Part shown: piece after piece, positions 1 through 12,135 of the stretch | Layout of the letters: each line of letters begins with the position of its first letter | Numbering within the stretch: position 1 is the stretch's first letter | Assembly (NCBI GenBank): GCA_963765895.1 | Contig: CAVXZB010000084.1 | Coordinates: 384,001 to 448,000 of the forward strand | Direction: 5' to 3' | Length of the DNA: 64,000 bases | Source: an uncultured Nitrososphaeraceae archaeon | GTDB lineage: Archaea; Thermoproteota; Nitrososphaeria; Nitrososphaerales; Nitrososphaeraceae | The notes under the pieces: model-generated | The model's database searches: none | The model's input: the letters and a program-made list of their open reading frames with translations, nothing else | What the model was told of the DNA's origin: nothing | Program-made: the position numbers and the translations under genes

Positions 1-14
1 TTATCCTGATGTTA

Positions 15-515
15 TCAGGAACCTGTTATCTGTCCACGGATTTCTCCATTCTGATTCTGCTGGGTATGAACATTAACATATGCATTTCCGTCCTCAAGAA
101 GCTTGACTAGATCTGACAATTGTTTCCCAGTTAACGGACCCTGCAGATCACCTGGTGTAATCTTGGCCTTTCCCATGGATAACATTACTACCGGCTGTCC
201 ATTCTCACCCGATTTGCCTTGATGGATATGGGCCATCATGAAGTTGTTCATACCCTTTACATTCAGTTCATAATTTATCTCCTTTCCATCTGCACTAAGC
301 TGAAATTGAGCAGTTCCACTTGCTTTAGTGTCAACTGGTGGAACCTCACTTTTGCCTGAAAGATTTGCTGTAAACTTCTTTTGTGCACCTTGTGCGAATG
401 CTAATCTGTCAGTCAATCCGTTTGTTGAAACAACAACTATACTGACTATCAACACAGTGATTATCAGGAATGCGCCACTAAGAGTAGTAGTCCGGAAGGC
501 ACTTCTATTACTCAT
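15..515 (-). CDS. Secreted CHRD-domain protein
   Basis: Signal peptide ending AFA-Q; CHRD hallmarks LSGKSEVPPV, AHIH, GNAYVNVHT, GEIRGQI. Confidence 0.9.
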   Translation of the reverse strand: MSNRSAFRTTTLSGAFLIITVLIVSIVVVSTNGLTDRLAFAQGAQKKFTANLSGKSEVPPVDTKASGTAQFQLSADGKEINYELNVKGMNNFMMAHIHQGKSGENGQPVVMLSMGKAKITPGDLQGPLTGKQLSDLVKLLEDGNAYVNVHTQQNQNGEIRGQITGS

Positions 516-1215
516 TAGAGATCTATGGTAATTCTTCTATAAAAAATTTACCAGTTGATCAATATATTATTATTAATCTGTATTATTATTGATCTTTATC
601 AGATTTAAAAAAATACAATGCTGCTAATAATGACACCAATGATCTAAAGACTATGAAATTTTCTATTCTCTAATTAATTTAACGTGCTAGCTATAGCGAT
701 TTCTATGATAGATATCAGGGTCTTATCGATTAGATCGTACGACATTTTGATGAAGCTGCCGCCAAGCATTTATCAATCCAATTTAATGTTTGAAGTATGT
801 TCCTGAGGTGCTGTAAAAAGTATCACAACTAGAGAAGGTGGTTGTCATACTTGGGTCAACCCGTTCCCCTGGCTTACCTAATATAGGTATCACAGAATCT
901 GCAAGATCGGTATATGAAATGTTTCTCACAAATGTTGCTGCATTAGTGAATCTTTATGAAATCAACTGGCGCCTAGTGGATATAGACTCAAACGACTTAG
1001 TCTTGGCAAATATTAGAAGGCAAATCTAAAATAAGCCCAACCGTGCATACAACTATCTATTCAATCAAATTCGTAGCCAATATTTTGACAACATGTATGC
1101 GATGCAAGAGTTTGAATAGTTTTTGAATTATAATTGCATACGATATCGACACGAGCACAAATAAGGCTCAGAATACAGGAAATTCCCTGGCCTTCAATTT
1201 TCCTGTATTAAATAT

Positions 1216-3367
1216 CTATTTGATTTTGATTATTGGCAGACTAAAGTAAAACGTAGACTCCCCTACCTTCTTTGTTATTTTCAGCCCATATTCTGCCACA
1301 GTGAGATTCTATAATGCTTTTACAGATATACAACCCTAACCCTGTACCCTGAAAAGATTTTGATGCAAACTTTTCAAATAACCTAGGCATTATTCCAGGA
1401 TCTATACCTATACCAGTATCATTAATACTAACAATAGCCCGACCATCATCAATCTTTTCAGCGGTAATATTTATAGTGCCTCCTTCTCCTTCTCCTTTGT
1501 TAAGCTTTGCTTCGATAAACTTGAAAGCATTATTTAGAATATTTGAAATTACTTGACCTATTCTTGCTTCATCAGCTTCAATGAAGATATCACGAGGTTG
1601 ATATAATAATTTTATAACATCTCCGTGTTGGCTCTTTGCAATCGTGGCTATTACGTCGTCTATAGCTTTTGTTATTACATCATTTAAGTTGAAAACCCCC
1701 TTCTTTAGGTTTAGTGACTCATTTTCAATTTTTGTAACATCTAAAATGTCATCAGCAAGTCTCTGCAGTCTTTTTGCATTTCTCATTATAACGTCTAGCA
1801 ATTCATCCTGTTCTGCGATTGATCTTCTGTCTCTGTTATTACTAGAACGAAGAATATCAGTTAAACCAAGTATTGGCTGGATAGGAGTCCTAAGCTCATG
1901 TGCTGCTACATCGATAAATTCTTTTTGCACTTTATTATGAATCCTTAGCTCCTCATACATCTTGCTTAATTTTTGATGTTGTTCTGTCTGTTTCCAAAGA
2001 CTGTCAAATATAGAAGCATACGCTAAAGCAATTGGTTTGCTATTAGAGTATGCAGCTAATCCTGCTGCGTCATATGAATTATCTTTTGAATCGTGTTTTG
2101 TCTCGATAATTAGTGATTCTTTTCTATCAACTACTAGAATTCCAACTGTACTTTCTAAACTTTTGTCTACGCTTCCAATATCTAGCTGAGGCAATACCAA
2201 ATTTACTTCGTTTACTATTTGTATTATCTCCTTTTGATCAGCTGGAATTAATATTCTAACTCTTACACCGCGTTCTAGTGCATCCTTAAATAAGTGCATT
2301 ATACCAAGTCTTACTTGACGACGAAATGCATGGACTGACGAAAATAGTCTCAATACCTCCTCTTCTGCTGATTTTATTAAATCAAAAGCTCGTTTTATAG
2401 AATATGTAGGATTTGGAATAATTTCTATACTAGATGATTCAATGCCTTCTTCAATATCTTCTATTCTATCTTTAGCATCAATTCCATTTTTCCATAATTC
2501 TTCAAATATATAATAAAAGTGGTTCATATATACAGGTTCATTACTTAGTAACAAACTTTGTACATTTTTACCAACTTCCATCTTTTCAATGGTAGCTACT
2601 ATTTCTTTATCTGAAACACCAAAGCTCATTGGTGGAAGGTTTTTAAGGTGTCTTATTTTGATCCCTGCATCCAGAAGTATCTTAGCTAAATTCATATTAT
2701 CACTATCTATGTTACTTATGTATCTGATACCCTTATGCTCTCCTTTCTTTTGCTTGTCCAGTAACTTTTTTTCTAACTCAAAAAAATGATTGTAGTTATA
2801 TTGCATTCCTCCGGATGTTAAACAGATACATAATTCATTTGAGCTGGTAGTTAAGCGACCGATTTCTTTGACAATCTCTTGAGCATCCTCAATTATTCTA
2901 GTTTCATAGTGTACTGTTCCATCTTCTAGCTCTTTAATTCTCTTTTCCGCATTTATTGATTTATTCCACAGAGTCTCGAAAATATTCTGTTGCTGTTCTA
3001 CTATTTCCCTTACGTTAGTATACATAGCTTGTTGATGCGGCTCCTTCAGGGTTATAGAACCCAAATATTCCTTTTCATTAAGTAAAAGATTAGCTTCAAT
3101 TTCATCCATATGGCGAGTCGGAGCAATTTTCATTAATTCCTTGCAATATTGGATATTTGCCTTCGTAATTTCAAAAATATATCTTTGTCTTGTGTGTTTT
3201 CTATCCTTAGCATTCATTATCGCTTTTTTAACTGATTCAAAAGTAAAGATTAATGATGGAAATCTAGAATTGCCACAGATATCTATTCTATCCTCTGCAT
3301 TATAGGAAATGTCCAATATCGCATTTATGACTTCAACGCGATGTAATACCTTAATCTTTTCCTTCAT
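1216..3367 (-). CDS. Cytoplasmic sensor histidine kinase with three tandem N-terminal repeats; 1-bp indel near C-terminus
   Basis: H-box AAHELRTPIQP, N-box NILNNAFKF, DTGIGI and GTGLGL boxes. Removing one base at ~1257 restores the usual end GRGATFYFSLPIIKIK* (stop 1216-1218). Confidence 0.92.
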
Positions 3368-4104
3368 TAGAGAGGTTGTGCAATAATAATATAGGTGTCG
3401 ATAAATATAAGATAGTCGGTAATTCTAGCTCTATTGTCCTATCACAATTAGCAGCGAAACAAACCTTTTGGTCTAGGTTAAAAATGTCTTTATACAATCT
3501 GATATAATCCAAATGGTTATCACTAGAAGGATTAGCTATAAAAGCTATTTTTGGTATATAATTTAATTCAGATTGCATATTATCTTACCTAAAATATGAT
3601 TATTAGTTAATTTATTTTAAACTCTCCATATATTCAAATTCTTCTATATGAATCCCTATTATTAAATTCAAGTAAATTGCTTTTATTTTCTTTATCACTT
3701 AAGGTAGTAGTGATACTTTTCTAAGAAATGATAGTAATAATGTTATAGTTCTAGTTGAGGTAACGGCTGACCATATAGTTTTCGTATTTTCAAATTCATG
3801 TCCCTCCACCTACGTATAGACTTAACTAGTGCAAGGCTGAGATAACAGTTGTGAGTTTTATGAGGCCAAGTCAGAGTTGCTATCCTAACTGGGGCATGGA
3901 TAAGTGGACAAAGCCACGCTACCATTGACACTTGTTTGCATGTAATAGTATTGGAAATATACTATTATTACATATTTCAAGTGATATGTTCATGACTCAC
4001 GTATGTCTGGACTCTTGTTATCGCCACTACTGATCAAGAAGCAAAGCAATTATCAAATAAAGATGGGATTTTAGACTCACTCAATTTAAACATCACTATT
4101 TATC

Positions 4105-4542
4105 CTAGTCTTTTGCCCATTTTTTCATCCAGTTTAATAGATAGATAACAGATTCTACCAACTCCTGTCCCTTATTTGTTAATCTATATTCTACCCTGGG
4201 AGGGATTTCATTATATGCTTGTCTTTCTAGAATTCCGTTTTCATCAAGTTCTTTCAACCTTTTCGCCAATGTTTTGCTACTAAAACCCTTCATTGTGTTC
4301 CTGAATTTTATATATCTGACAGATGTGGTAGTGCAGCATAATGGAATTAGAATTTCAAGAGTGCCTCTCTTTGTAATTATCTTGCGCAGTTTAGCAGTTT
4401 CTTTCATAAGTGTATCTGCATCATACCCATGAAAATCACAATTTTGATTAGCCTGAATAAGTGGCAATTCTGTTTTGGTTATTCTTGGTGCTGTTATTGA
4501 TGCTGCTACTTTCTTACTTTTTCTCTTCCCATTTGTTTCCAT
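4105..4542 (-). CDS. HxlR-family winged-helix transcriptional regulator
   Basis: SSKTLAKRLKELDENGILERQAYNEIPPRVEYRLTNKG matches the HxlR signature; divergent from arsM. Confidence 0.9.
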   Translation of the reverse strand: METNGKRKSKKVAASITAPRITKTELPLIQANQNCDFHGYDADTLMKETAKLRKIITKRGTLEILIPLCCTTTSVRYIKFRNTMKGFSSKTLAKRLKELDENGILERQAYNEIPPRVEYRLTNKGQELVESVIYLLNWMKKWAKD

Positions 4543-4600
4543 AACTACACTTACTTTACCTAGGTTCTCTTGACAACTTAAATAGTTTCTCTTGTAAACA

Positions 4601-5408
4601 GTGGATGTGAAAGATGATATAATTAAACAAAAGGTAAAAGAAATATATGGTAAGATTGCACTAGTTGGAAGTTCTTCAGAAGGTTGTTGTGCACCCGGCG
4701 AATGTTGTGGTGGTAGTGGCAGCGGAAGTAGTAATGGTAGTCAGACAATGATGTCACCTTTGCAAATTGCGGAAAATATTGGTTACAATGCTAACGATTT
4801 GAATTCTATTCCAGAGTCTTCCATTCTTGGTGTAGGATGTGGTGCACCAGTTAATTTTGCAAATATCCATGAAGGAGAAGTAGTCATCGATATAGGCTCA
4901 GGTGGAGGGATTGATGTATTTTTGTCAGCAAACAAAGTCAAACAGTCTGGAAAAGTAATTGGCATTGATATGACAGATGAGATGTTAGAAAAGGCTGCAA
5001 GATCATGCAAAACAGAATGGATATACAAATGTGGAATTCAAAAAAGGAGATATTGAAAAAGGGATTCCAATTAATGATAATGCCGCTGATGTGGTAATTA
5101 GCAATTGTGTTATTAACCTAACCATAGACAAGATAGCCGCATTCAAAGAAATTTACAGGATCTTAAAACATAATGGTGGCAGAATGGTAATATCAGATCT
5201 AGTTACAAGTAAGGAAGTCGAACCAGAATCTGCAAATTCGGATAAATGGTGTAGTTGCATCGACGGCGCATTAACAAAAGAACACTATCTTGATAGTATT
5301 AGAATGGCAGGATTTTCTGATACAGAAGTATTGGAAGAGAAGTTGTATATGGTCGGCGGCGACAATATTGAAGACAGACGAATTACCAGTTTGGTAATAA
5401 GGGAGTAA
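4601..5408 (+). CDS. arsM: Arsenite S-adenosylmethionine methyltransferase, split by indel at ~4995
   Basis: CC..CC N-terminus, LGVGCGAP, VIDIGSGGGID, GIDMTDEML, then in the next frame VEFKKGDIE, ISNCVINL, WCSCIDGAL. Confidence 0.9.
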
Positions 5409-5436
5409 AGACATGAAGTAGAGAAAGAATTGAATC

Positions 5437-5889
5437 ATGAAATTCTCATTTAGTAGCAGTAAAAGCAAATCTAAAGAAAAGCAAACCATACTTTTTGTAT
5501 GTATCCAGAATGCAGGACGTAGTCAGATGGCTGAGGGCTTTTTTAGAAAGTATGCTCCCGAAGATTATGAACCATTAAGTGCTGGAACCAAACCTACTTC
5601 AGAAGTCAGTCCAATTGCAATACAAGCGATGAAAGAACTGGGCATCGACATTAGCAAGCAGAGGCCTAAGGATATTACCGAGGACATGATGAGAAATTCA
5701 TCAAAGATAGTTAACATGGGATGCATGGAAAAGGACTGGTGTCCAACTATGTTTGTTCCTAATCTAGTAGACTGGGGAATAGAAGATCCAAAGGGTAAAT
5801 CAATAGACAAGGTTAGAGAGATTAGAGACGAAATTGAAGTAAGGGTAAAAGACTTGATTACAAAACTGGCTAATGACGCAGATCATTAG
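5437..5889 (+). CDS. arsC: Arsenate reductase (LMW-PTP fold, thioredoxin type)
   Basis: P-loop FVCIQNAGRSQMAE, SAGT, MGC..CP, DWGIEDPKG; follows arsM. Confidence 0.92.
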   Translation: MKFSFSSSKSKSKEKQTILFVCIQNAGRSQMAEGFFRKYAPEDYEPLSAGTKPTSEVSPIAIQAMKELGIDISKQRPKDITEDMMRNSSKIVNMGCMEKDWCPTMFVPNLVDWGIEDPKGKSIDKVREIRDEIEVRVKDLITKLANDADH

Positions 5890-5934
5890 ATCATTTTCCC
5901 TTAAGGATCTACGCAATTCGCTTGTTTAATGATC

Positions 5935-5960
5935 GTTTGCTTGCTTGCTTGCTGTGTGTG
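5935..5960. repeat. Short (TTGC)n/(TG)n microsatellite between arsC and the aquaporin gene
   Basis: gtttgcttgcttgcttgctgtgtgtg. Confidence 0.55.
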
Positions 5961-5970
5961 AACCTTTAGA

Positions 5971-6669
5971 TTGAAACAGAAGTCCCTCACAAAAATCGCC
6001 CAAGGATTGACTCCTAACCAAAAAAGTTTTTTTGCGGAAGTTATTGGCACATTCATAGTAGTAGTTCTTGCAACAGGTTCGGTGGTAATTGATGCTAGGC
6101 TGAATGGAAAATTAGGTATTCCTTTTATTGCATTTGCTCCATTTATCGGAGTTGCTGTGGGGGTTTACTTGTTTGGAAAAATATCTATGGCTCATTTTAA
6201 TCCTGCGGTTACTTTGGGTTTTCTAATTACTAAACACATAACAAAGATTCAGTTATTCTATTACTTTTCTGCAGAGATAGTGGGTGCATTACTAGGAAGT
6301 CTTTTCGTAAAATTTCTAATAGGAAATCAAGCAAACTTGGGAGCAAATGCTCCAAATTATGCATTTCCTATGCCAGCAATAATTGGAGTTGAAATTGCTG
6401 CTTCTGCACTGCTAATGTCTGTGATATATGTAGTTGTCTATACTAAAGGACTAAAGCGATTTGGTGGTATTGCTATAGGTGGCATAGTTGGACTAGATAT
6501 ATTCTTTTTAGCATTCATATCTGGTGCTTCAATGAATCCTGCTCGCTCTTTGGCTCCAGCACTTGTATCTGGAGTATTGAATAATTTATGGCTATATTGG
6601 TCGGCAACGTTCATAGGCACATCAATAGTTGCCCTAATGTTTAGAAGAGTGTTTATATCAAAAAAATAG
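5971..6669 (+). CDS. MIP/aquaporin-family channel, probably arsenic-associated
   Basis: Two NPA motifs (HFNPAVT, SMNPARS), about 6 TM segments; co-oriented with arsM-arsC. Confidence 0.92.
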   Translation: MKQKSLTKIAQGLTPNQKSFFAEVIGTFIVVVLATGSVVIDARLNGKLGIPFIAFAPFIGVAVGVYLFGKISMAHFNPAVTLGFLITKHITKIQLFYYFSAEIVGALLGSLFVKFLIGNQANLGANAPNYAFPMPAIIGVEIAASALLMSVIYVVVYTKGLKRFGGIAIGGIVGLDIFFLAFISGASMNPARSLAPALVSGVLNNLWLYWSATFIGTSIVALMFRRVFISKK

Positions 6670-6675
6670 TTCTTG

Positions 6676-8020
6676 TCATACTCTACCAAACAAGAAAGTA
6701 ATGAATAGATAATAGATAACAAGATTAGCCACAGTTACTATGGATCCTATTTTAAGAAATTCTGAATATGAAAATGCTTTCACACCTCTGGACTCTGCAG
6801 CCTCTATAATGATGATGTTGCTTGCTGCTCCAAATATTGTAAGGTTACCTGCAATAGTGCTTGCTGCCTGCAAGCATCATCCATTGAGAAACGTCATCAG
6901 CATTAAAACCATTATCTATCATTACATTATTATATAGAGCGACAAAAGGAACATTGCTTAGTATTTGACTTAATGTCAAACTAACAATTGAAATAATGGC
7001 ATTATTCCTAATCGTATAATTGTGATTAGGGACAGGATTTGGAATCTTTGACATAATATCAGGAATCAGACCGGAGGTCCACAGGGCAGCAGTAAATACA
7101 AACATTGCTGCAAAAAATATAAAGACAGAATAATCCACATTATACAATAATTCTCTGCGTTCATTACTTAAAGCATAGAGCGCTATTGCTCCAAGAGCAG
7201 CAATTACACTTATGTTAACATAGGTGGTATGAAGAAGAAACTGAAGAACTTCTGAAATTATAAACCCTGCTATTGTCAATAGAAGAATGATAACTGAAAT
7301 TCTGGCAAGATATGGGTTAGTGATCACATTGGTGGATAATAGTTCATCTTCTTCTTTATTAGTTATAATCTGACTATCACTGTTGACATGATTGGGAACT
7401 TTTAATAAATCTTTTTTAAAGTATACTTTCAAAATAAAGTATGTTAGAAATAGATTTAGTATAGTTGGTAAAATTAACCATTTTATGAATGTTAAGAATG
7501 GCAAAGAAATACCACTTTTGATGGCTATTAGTAAATTTTGAGGATTTCCAATAGGAGTCATGACACTGCCTATACTAATTCCAAATGCTAGTGCTATAAA
7601 TAGAATTGTTGGTCTAACCATGATTTGTCTTGATATATGGATTACAAGTGGTATACCCAATAATGCAATAGTATCATTAACTAGAAATGCAGAAAGTATT
7701 CCTAATCCTATAACAAATACTAATAGTATTAAATTAGCGTTACTATTTGCCTTTTCTAACATTTTTGCTGCGATATATTTGAGCACTCCTGACTTGTCAA
7801 GAGCAGAAACTATACTAAACATTCCGAAAAGAAATATAATTACATCGAGATTGATTGCTTTGAATGCATCTTCAATGCTAATGAGTTGAAGCCCAATCAT
7901 AAGGCCTGCTCCAACCAACATTGAGGTCCAAATTGGTATATTATTCAGTTTCCTTTTTTGTATAATAAGAAAAAATACAAGAGCAAGGACACCTAATGCA
8001 ATATATTCATTAGTGGACAT
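6676..8020 (-). CDS. ArsB/NhaD (SLC13/YbiR-like) anion permease, split by indel at ~6868
   Basis: LVNDT, GSVMTPIGNPQNLLIA, ILSNVP; removing one base joins MMLAAASTIAGNLTIFGAASNIII. Confidence 0.85.
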
Positions 8021-8296
8021 CTTATTAATGCATCTTGGTCGGTATAGTGGATCATGTTATCCTTTCTTTTCTAATTAGAGTTTGTTAAGTTTGAATTATT
8101 CGCCAGTATATTACGCTTCATATTATACATAAACATAACAAAAAAGGCTTCACAATCTTTATCCAAAACCATGTAGTTTTAGTCATTAGGCATACTTGCA
8201 ACATCATATTGATTGCTCTGCACGAAGTTATTCAGCCTGGCAAGGACCATTTTTCCTCTCGGTTAGATTATTCCAAATTTTGCAAATAATCCGCAC

Positions 8297-9244
8297 TCAA
8301 TTAAAGAAAGTAGCATAATCTCTAGCAAATTGCTCAAGTGATATAGGCTTTCGTCCTGTAATCTGTTCAACTACAGTAGTCGATTGTGATGCATAACCAG
8401 ATCTAATAACACTATAGAGCTCCAGTAATGCATCAATAAGCCAGTCCTCCATTTCCATCTTCTTCATTGCATTGCGAGCATCCTCTTCTGTTACATTTAC
8501 ATAAGATATTCTTCTACCTAGAACATTAGAGAGAACTTCTGCCGATTGAGTATATGACAGAGCCTCGTTACCAGTAATGCCATACTTTTTGTATTCATGT
8601 CGTTGATAGTTCTTGGTTCCATTATTTTTAGCCAATAGTATCTCTGAGGCCACAGCTGCAATGTCTCTAACATCTACAAAACTAACTTTTCCATCTCCTA
8701 CAGGAAGATAGATTGCATTTTGAGTTTTAATTGTCTGGCCAAAAAAATTTATAAAATTCTGCATAAATGCACCTGCACGTAAGAAAGTGTAGGGTATTCC
8801 AGATTCTTCTATAATTTTTTCTTCTTGTCGATGCATACGTGTTATCATAATTCCAGGCTCAGCTTCAGCATCTAATACAGACAGCTTGACAACATGTTTA
8901 ACATCATTTTTCTTTGCTTCTTTTATCAGACTGGATGTGTTTTCGGGCATATTTGGCCTGGGTAAAGTTAGTAAGAAGAGTTTATCAATTCCGTTTACTG
9001 CATTAATAATAGTTTCTGGTTTGTTATAATCCATATAAACAATCTCAACTAGTTTATTTTCTTCTCTAAGTCTATCAGCTTTATCTTTTGAGTGAACAGC
9101 AGCTCTAACTCGGCTACCTGAAGAAAGCAATTGTAAGGATGATGTAAGCTGCTTTACAACTTCATTTCCAACTGTGCCTGTTGCACCTGTAACCAGGATT
9201 ACAGTTCCATTATTTTTGATAGTAGATGTCATAGACATATTCAA
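8297..9244 (-). CDS. NmrA-like atypical SDR NAD(P)-binding oxidoreductase
   Basis: ILVTGATGTVG, LRAGAFMQNF, SFVDVRDIA, EQITGRKP. Confidence 0.9.
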   Translation of the reverse strand: MNMSMTSTIKNNGTVILVTGATGTVGNEVVKQLTSSLQLLSSGSRVRAAVHSKDKADRLREENKLVEIVYMDYNKPETIINAVNGIDKLFLLTLPRPNMPENTSSLIKEAKKNDVKHVVKLSVLDAEAEPGIMITRMHRQEEKIIEESGIPYTFLRAGAFMQNFINFFGQTIKTQNAIYLPVGDGKVSFVDVRDIAAVASEILLAKNNGTKNYQRHEYKKYGITGNEALSYTQSAEVLSNVLGRRISYVNVTEEDARNAMKKMEMEDWLIDALLELYSVIRSGYASQSTTVVEQITGRKPISLEQFARDYATFFN

Positions 9245-9369
9245 ACAGCAATATTACTTAAGCCTGGCAGTAACCAATGGTTAAGTTAAGTAGATAACGA
9301 ACTCTCAATATACCGAACTGACAGACTGATAGAGCCTTTGCTTAACTGCGTTTAGTGCAGTTAGCTAAA

Positions 9370-10697
9370 TCATCGTTTCAACAATTCGTTTGTTTTAGCT
9401 TCTCCTTCTTTAATTGAACGCTCAATTGTCTCAGGTGAAAAATCTGCATTTTCATACATATGAGGATATGGTTCATCACGTGTTATGTAAATGATGTCTT
9501 TTATTTCAGCTCCGCGCTCTTGCTTGTATTTTTTATATTTGCGGCGAATTTTCTTAAGCTGTTGTCGACTAACATTTATTTTTTCTATATTGCTTTCTAA
9601 TAACTGATAGATCTCTTCAATATACTCCAGATACCGAGTTATTACTTTAGACATTGTTACATTATTCTCTGTTTTATCAGAAAATATTATATCTCTAGCT
9701 CTATGATAAACTTCTGGTAGGTTCTTTGGCAGTGCATTAACCCTTTTTGGATAATTTTCTACGATGCCTATTCGTTTATCATTCACTGGAGAAGCATCTA
9801 TAACCTCTCTCAAAGGTGTGTTACTCAGTAAACCGCCATCCCATGCATACACTCCGTCTTCTATCTCTACCCATGGAAAATTATAAAGTGGATAAGCAGA
9901 TGTTGCTAGGATATGTTTTGATGTTATCTGCTGCTTGAAGCTGTCAAACGTGAGTGGCTCTGCGGTTAAAACATTTACTGCAGTTAAGATCAAACGTGTA
10001 TTAGAATTTCCATTAGGTTTCAATTTATCATAATCAATGTACCTTTCTAGTGTTTTTACTAAAGGTGAGAAATCGTACATATAGGTCCATTTTTGTGGCG
10101 CAAAATAATCTGGATCTGTTAGAATAGTTTCCTCTCTCCATCTAGGTTTGAACATTTTATCATTTCCAAAAATAGCAGAGCTGTAGAAGGATTTTAGCTG
10201 ATTCATCTTCATGGCATGCTCCTTTGCACTCATTGCATTGGAAGAATAATTTCTTTGCTGATCCAACGGGTATGGTGGTAAATTATAGAAATAATAACCA
10301 GATGATACAAGCATATCTTCTACAAATTTGGGCAGGGATCTAGATGATGGAGGAAGGGTAACCTTATCTAAATCCACAAAACTTTGAGACAATTCTAACC
10401 AAAACTGCTCTAACATTTGTTCTGGATGTTTTTCATCCTTACTGCCAGCTATGATTGCAGCATTTATTCCCCCAATCGATGTTCCTGCTACAATGTCAAG
10501 TTTTATGTTATTATTTGCAAGTGCTTTGAATACTCCGCAACCAAATGCTCCCAAGGAGCCGCCACCTTGAAGTATTAGGACATTTTCGAGTTTGTTGTTG
10601 TATGCTGATGATGGTGATGATGAGTACAGTGTTTCTATTGCTATTATTATTGTCTTTGTTTGAAGTATCAGCCTGACCTTCTGTCATGGTTTTTCAT
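9370..10697 (-). CDS. Patatin-like phospholipase; 5' end disrupted by indels
   Basis: Frame extends upstream of the listed ORF to ENVLILQGGGSLGAF; GTSIG nucleophile and DGG motifs. Start at ~10697 is inferred. Confidence 0.88.
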
Positions 10698-11161
10698 TAT
10701 TTGTTTTCGTTTTTTAATTTTACCATCTCCAGTCTTCTTTTCTTTTTTGTCTTTATCTATTATTCTGTCACACATATTTGTTAATCGCTTCTTTAAGAGG
10801 CATTTATTCTCCCTATATTCCAATATCGTAATGAAGTATTGCTCGTTCAGTTGTCTTGTTAGCATTTGCAAGTATTTTTTCCAATGCTTGGGACTTATCC
10901 ACTATTGACGGAAGTCTAGCGAAGATGATAAAATGTACATTTCTATCGTGTCAATATGTAAATGATAGCAGATTATGGCTATCAATTCTATAATTCAGTG
11001 GATACCACTATGATGGGTAGGTTAACCTATGACAAGTTCTTACATTCTGGTTTGACGATCATCATGAAACTAAATAGCGTCCATAGAATATCATGGAAAG
11101 AGGGGAGATCTTTATCAACGTGTTGGGTCGATCATAAGCATAAGAGAGTGAATCAATAGCC

Positions 11162-11608
11162 TTGGCAAAAAGAGTCGCAGATATAATAGTCGACTCGCTA
11201 ATAGCGTCTGGAGTCAGGAGAATATACGGAGTATCTGGAGATTCTTTAAATGGGATTACAGATGCTGTCAGAGATCGAGGCAAAGAAAAAATCTCTTGGA
11301 TTCATGTTCGCCATGAGGAAACAGCTGCTTTCCAGCCGGAGCCGAGGCTCACCTTACTCGAGAGCTGGCGGTATGTGCTGGCAGCTGCGGGCCAGGGAAT
11401 ACGCATTTGATAAATGGACTATACGATTGTTACAGGAGCAGAGTTCCTGTCTTGGCAATTGCTGCACATATACCAAGCAGAGAAATTGGAAGCTCATACT
11501 TTCAAGAGACACATCCAGAACTTTTGTTCAAAGAGTGTAGTCACTATTGCGAGCTTGCCTCACATGCAGACCAAATTCCGCGCATTCTTGATATCGCAAT
11601 GAGAACCA
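11162..11608 (+). pseudogene. poxB: N-terminal fragment of PoxB-type ThDP pyruvate dehydrogenase/oxidase
   Basis: [61 protein letters not shown]; similarity stops after ~150 aa. Confidence 0.85.
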
Positions 11609-12135
11609 TTTTTAGACATACATCTATTAGATTAGCTGTATGATATAAGCGTATATTATATATCACATTATTTTTTGACAAGCCCACTTGTTACGGGATA
11701 AGTATAGCGCTCTTTAATTTTCGGCCTATGAATACCAGTTAATAAGCTATTATTTATAATATTCTGACAGAGTATCATATGGTAATAATTCACTGTTAGT
11801 ACAGAACGGCAAATTCGTCAATTGTATTATAAATTATAATAACAGATTACGACAACTCGATTTGACATCACATCACCGGAAGACAGACCATCATTAGCAT
11901 AGATAGAGAAGAAATGCTCAGAATTTAATTTCGGTATCTTTTGCTATCTGTATAGACTAGCTGTACTTATATTTTCCAATTATCAAATATTAAACAGAAG
12001 GTTTATCAGTATATGACACAAGCCAGTCCAAGACAATCACTAAAAAAATTTAGACCAAACCATAAATCTACTGAGAGTTGAAATTAAAATTTATATTGAT
12101 ATAGTAATGGTATCAAACAGAGTGACAATAGTATT

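Noticed and set aside
3743-3931. Possible transposase remnant
   Set aside because: No recognisable catalytic motif or element ends
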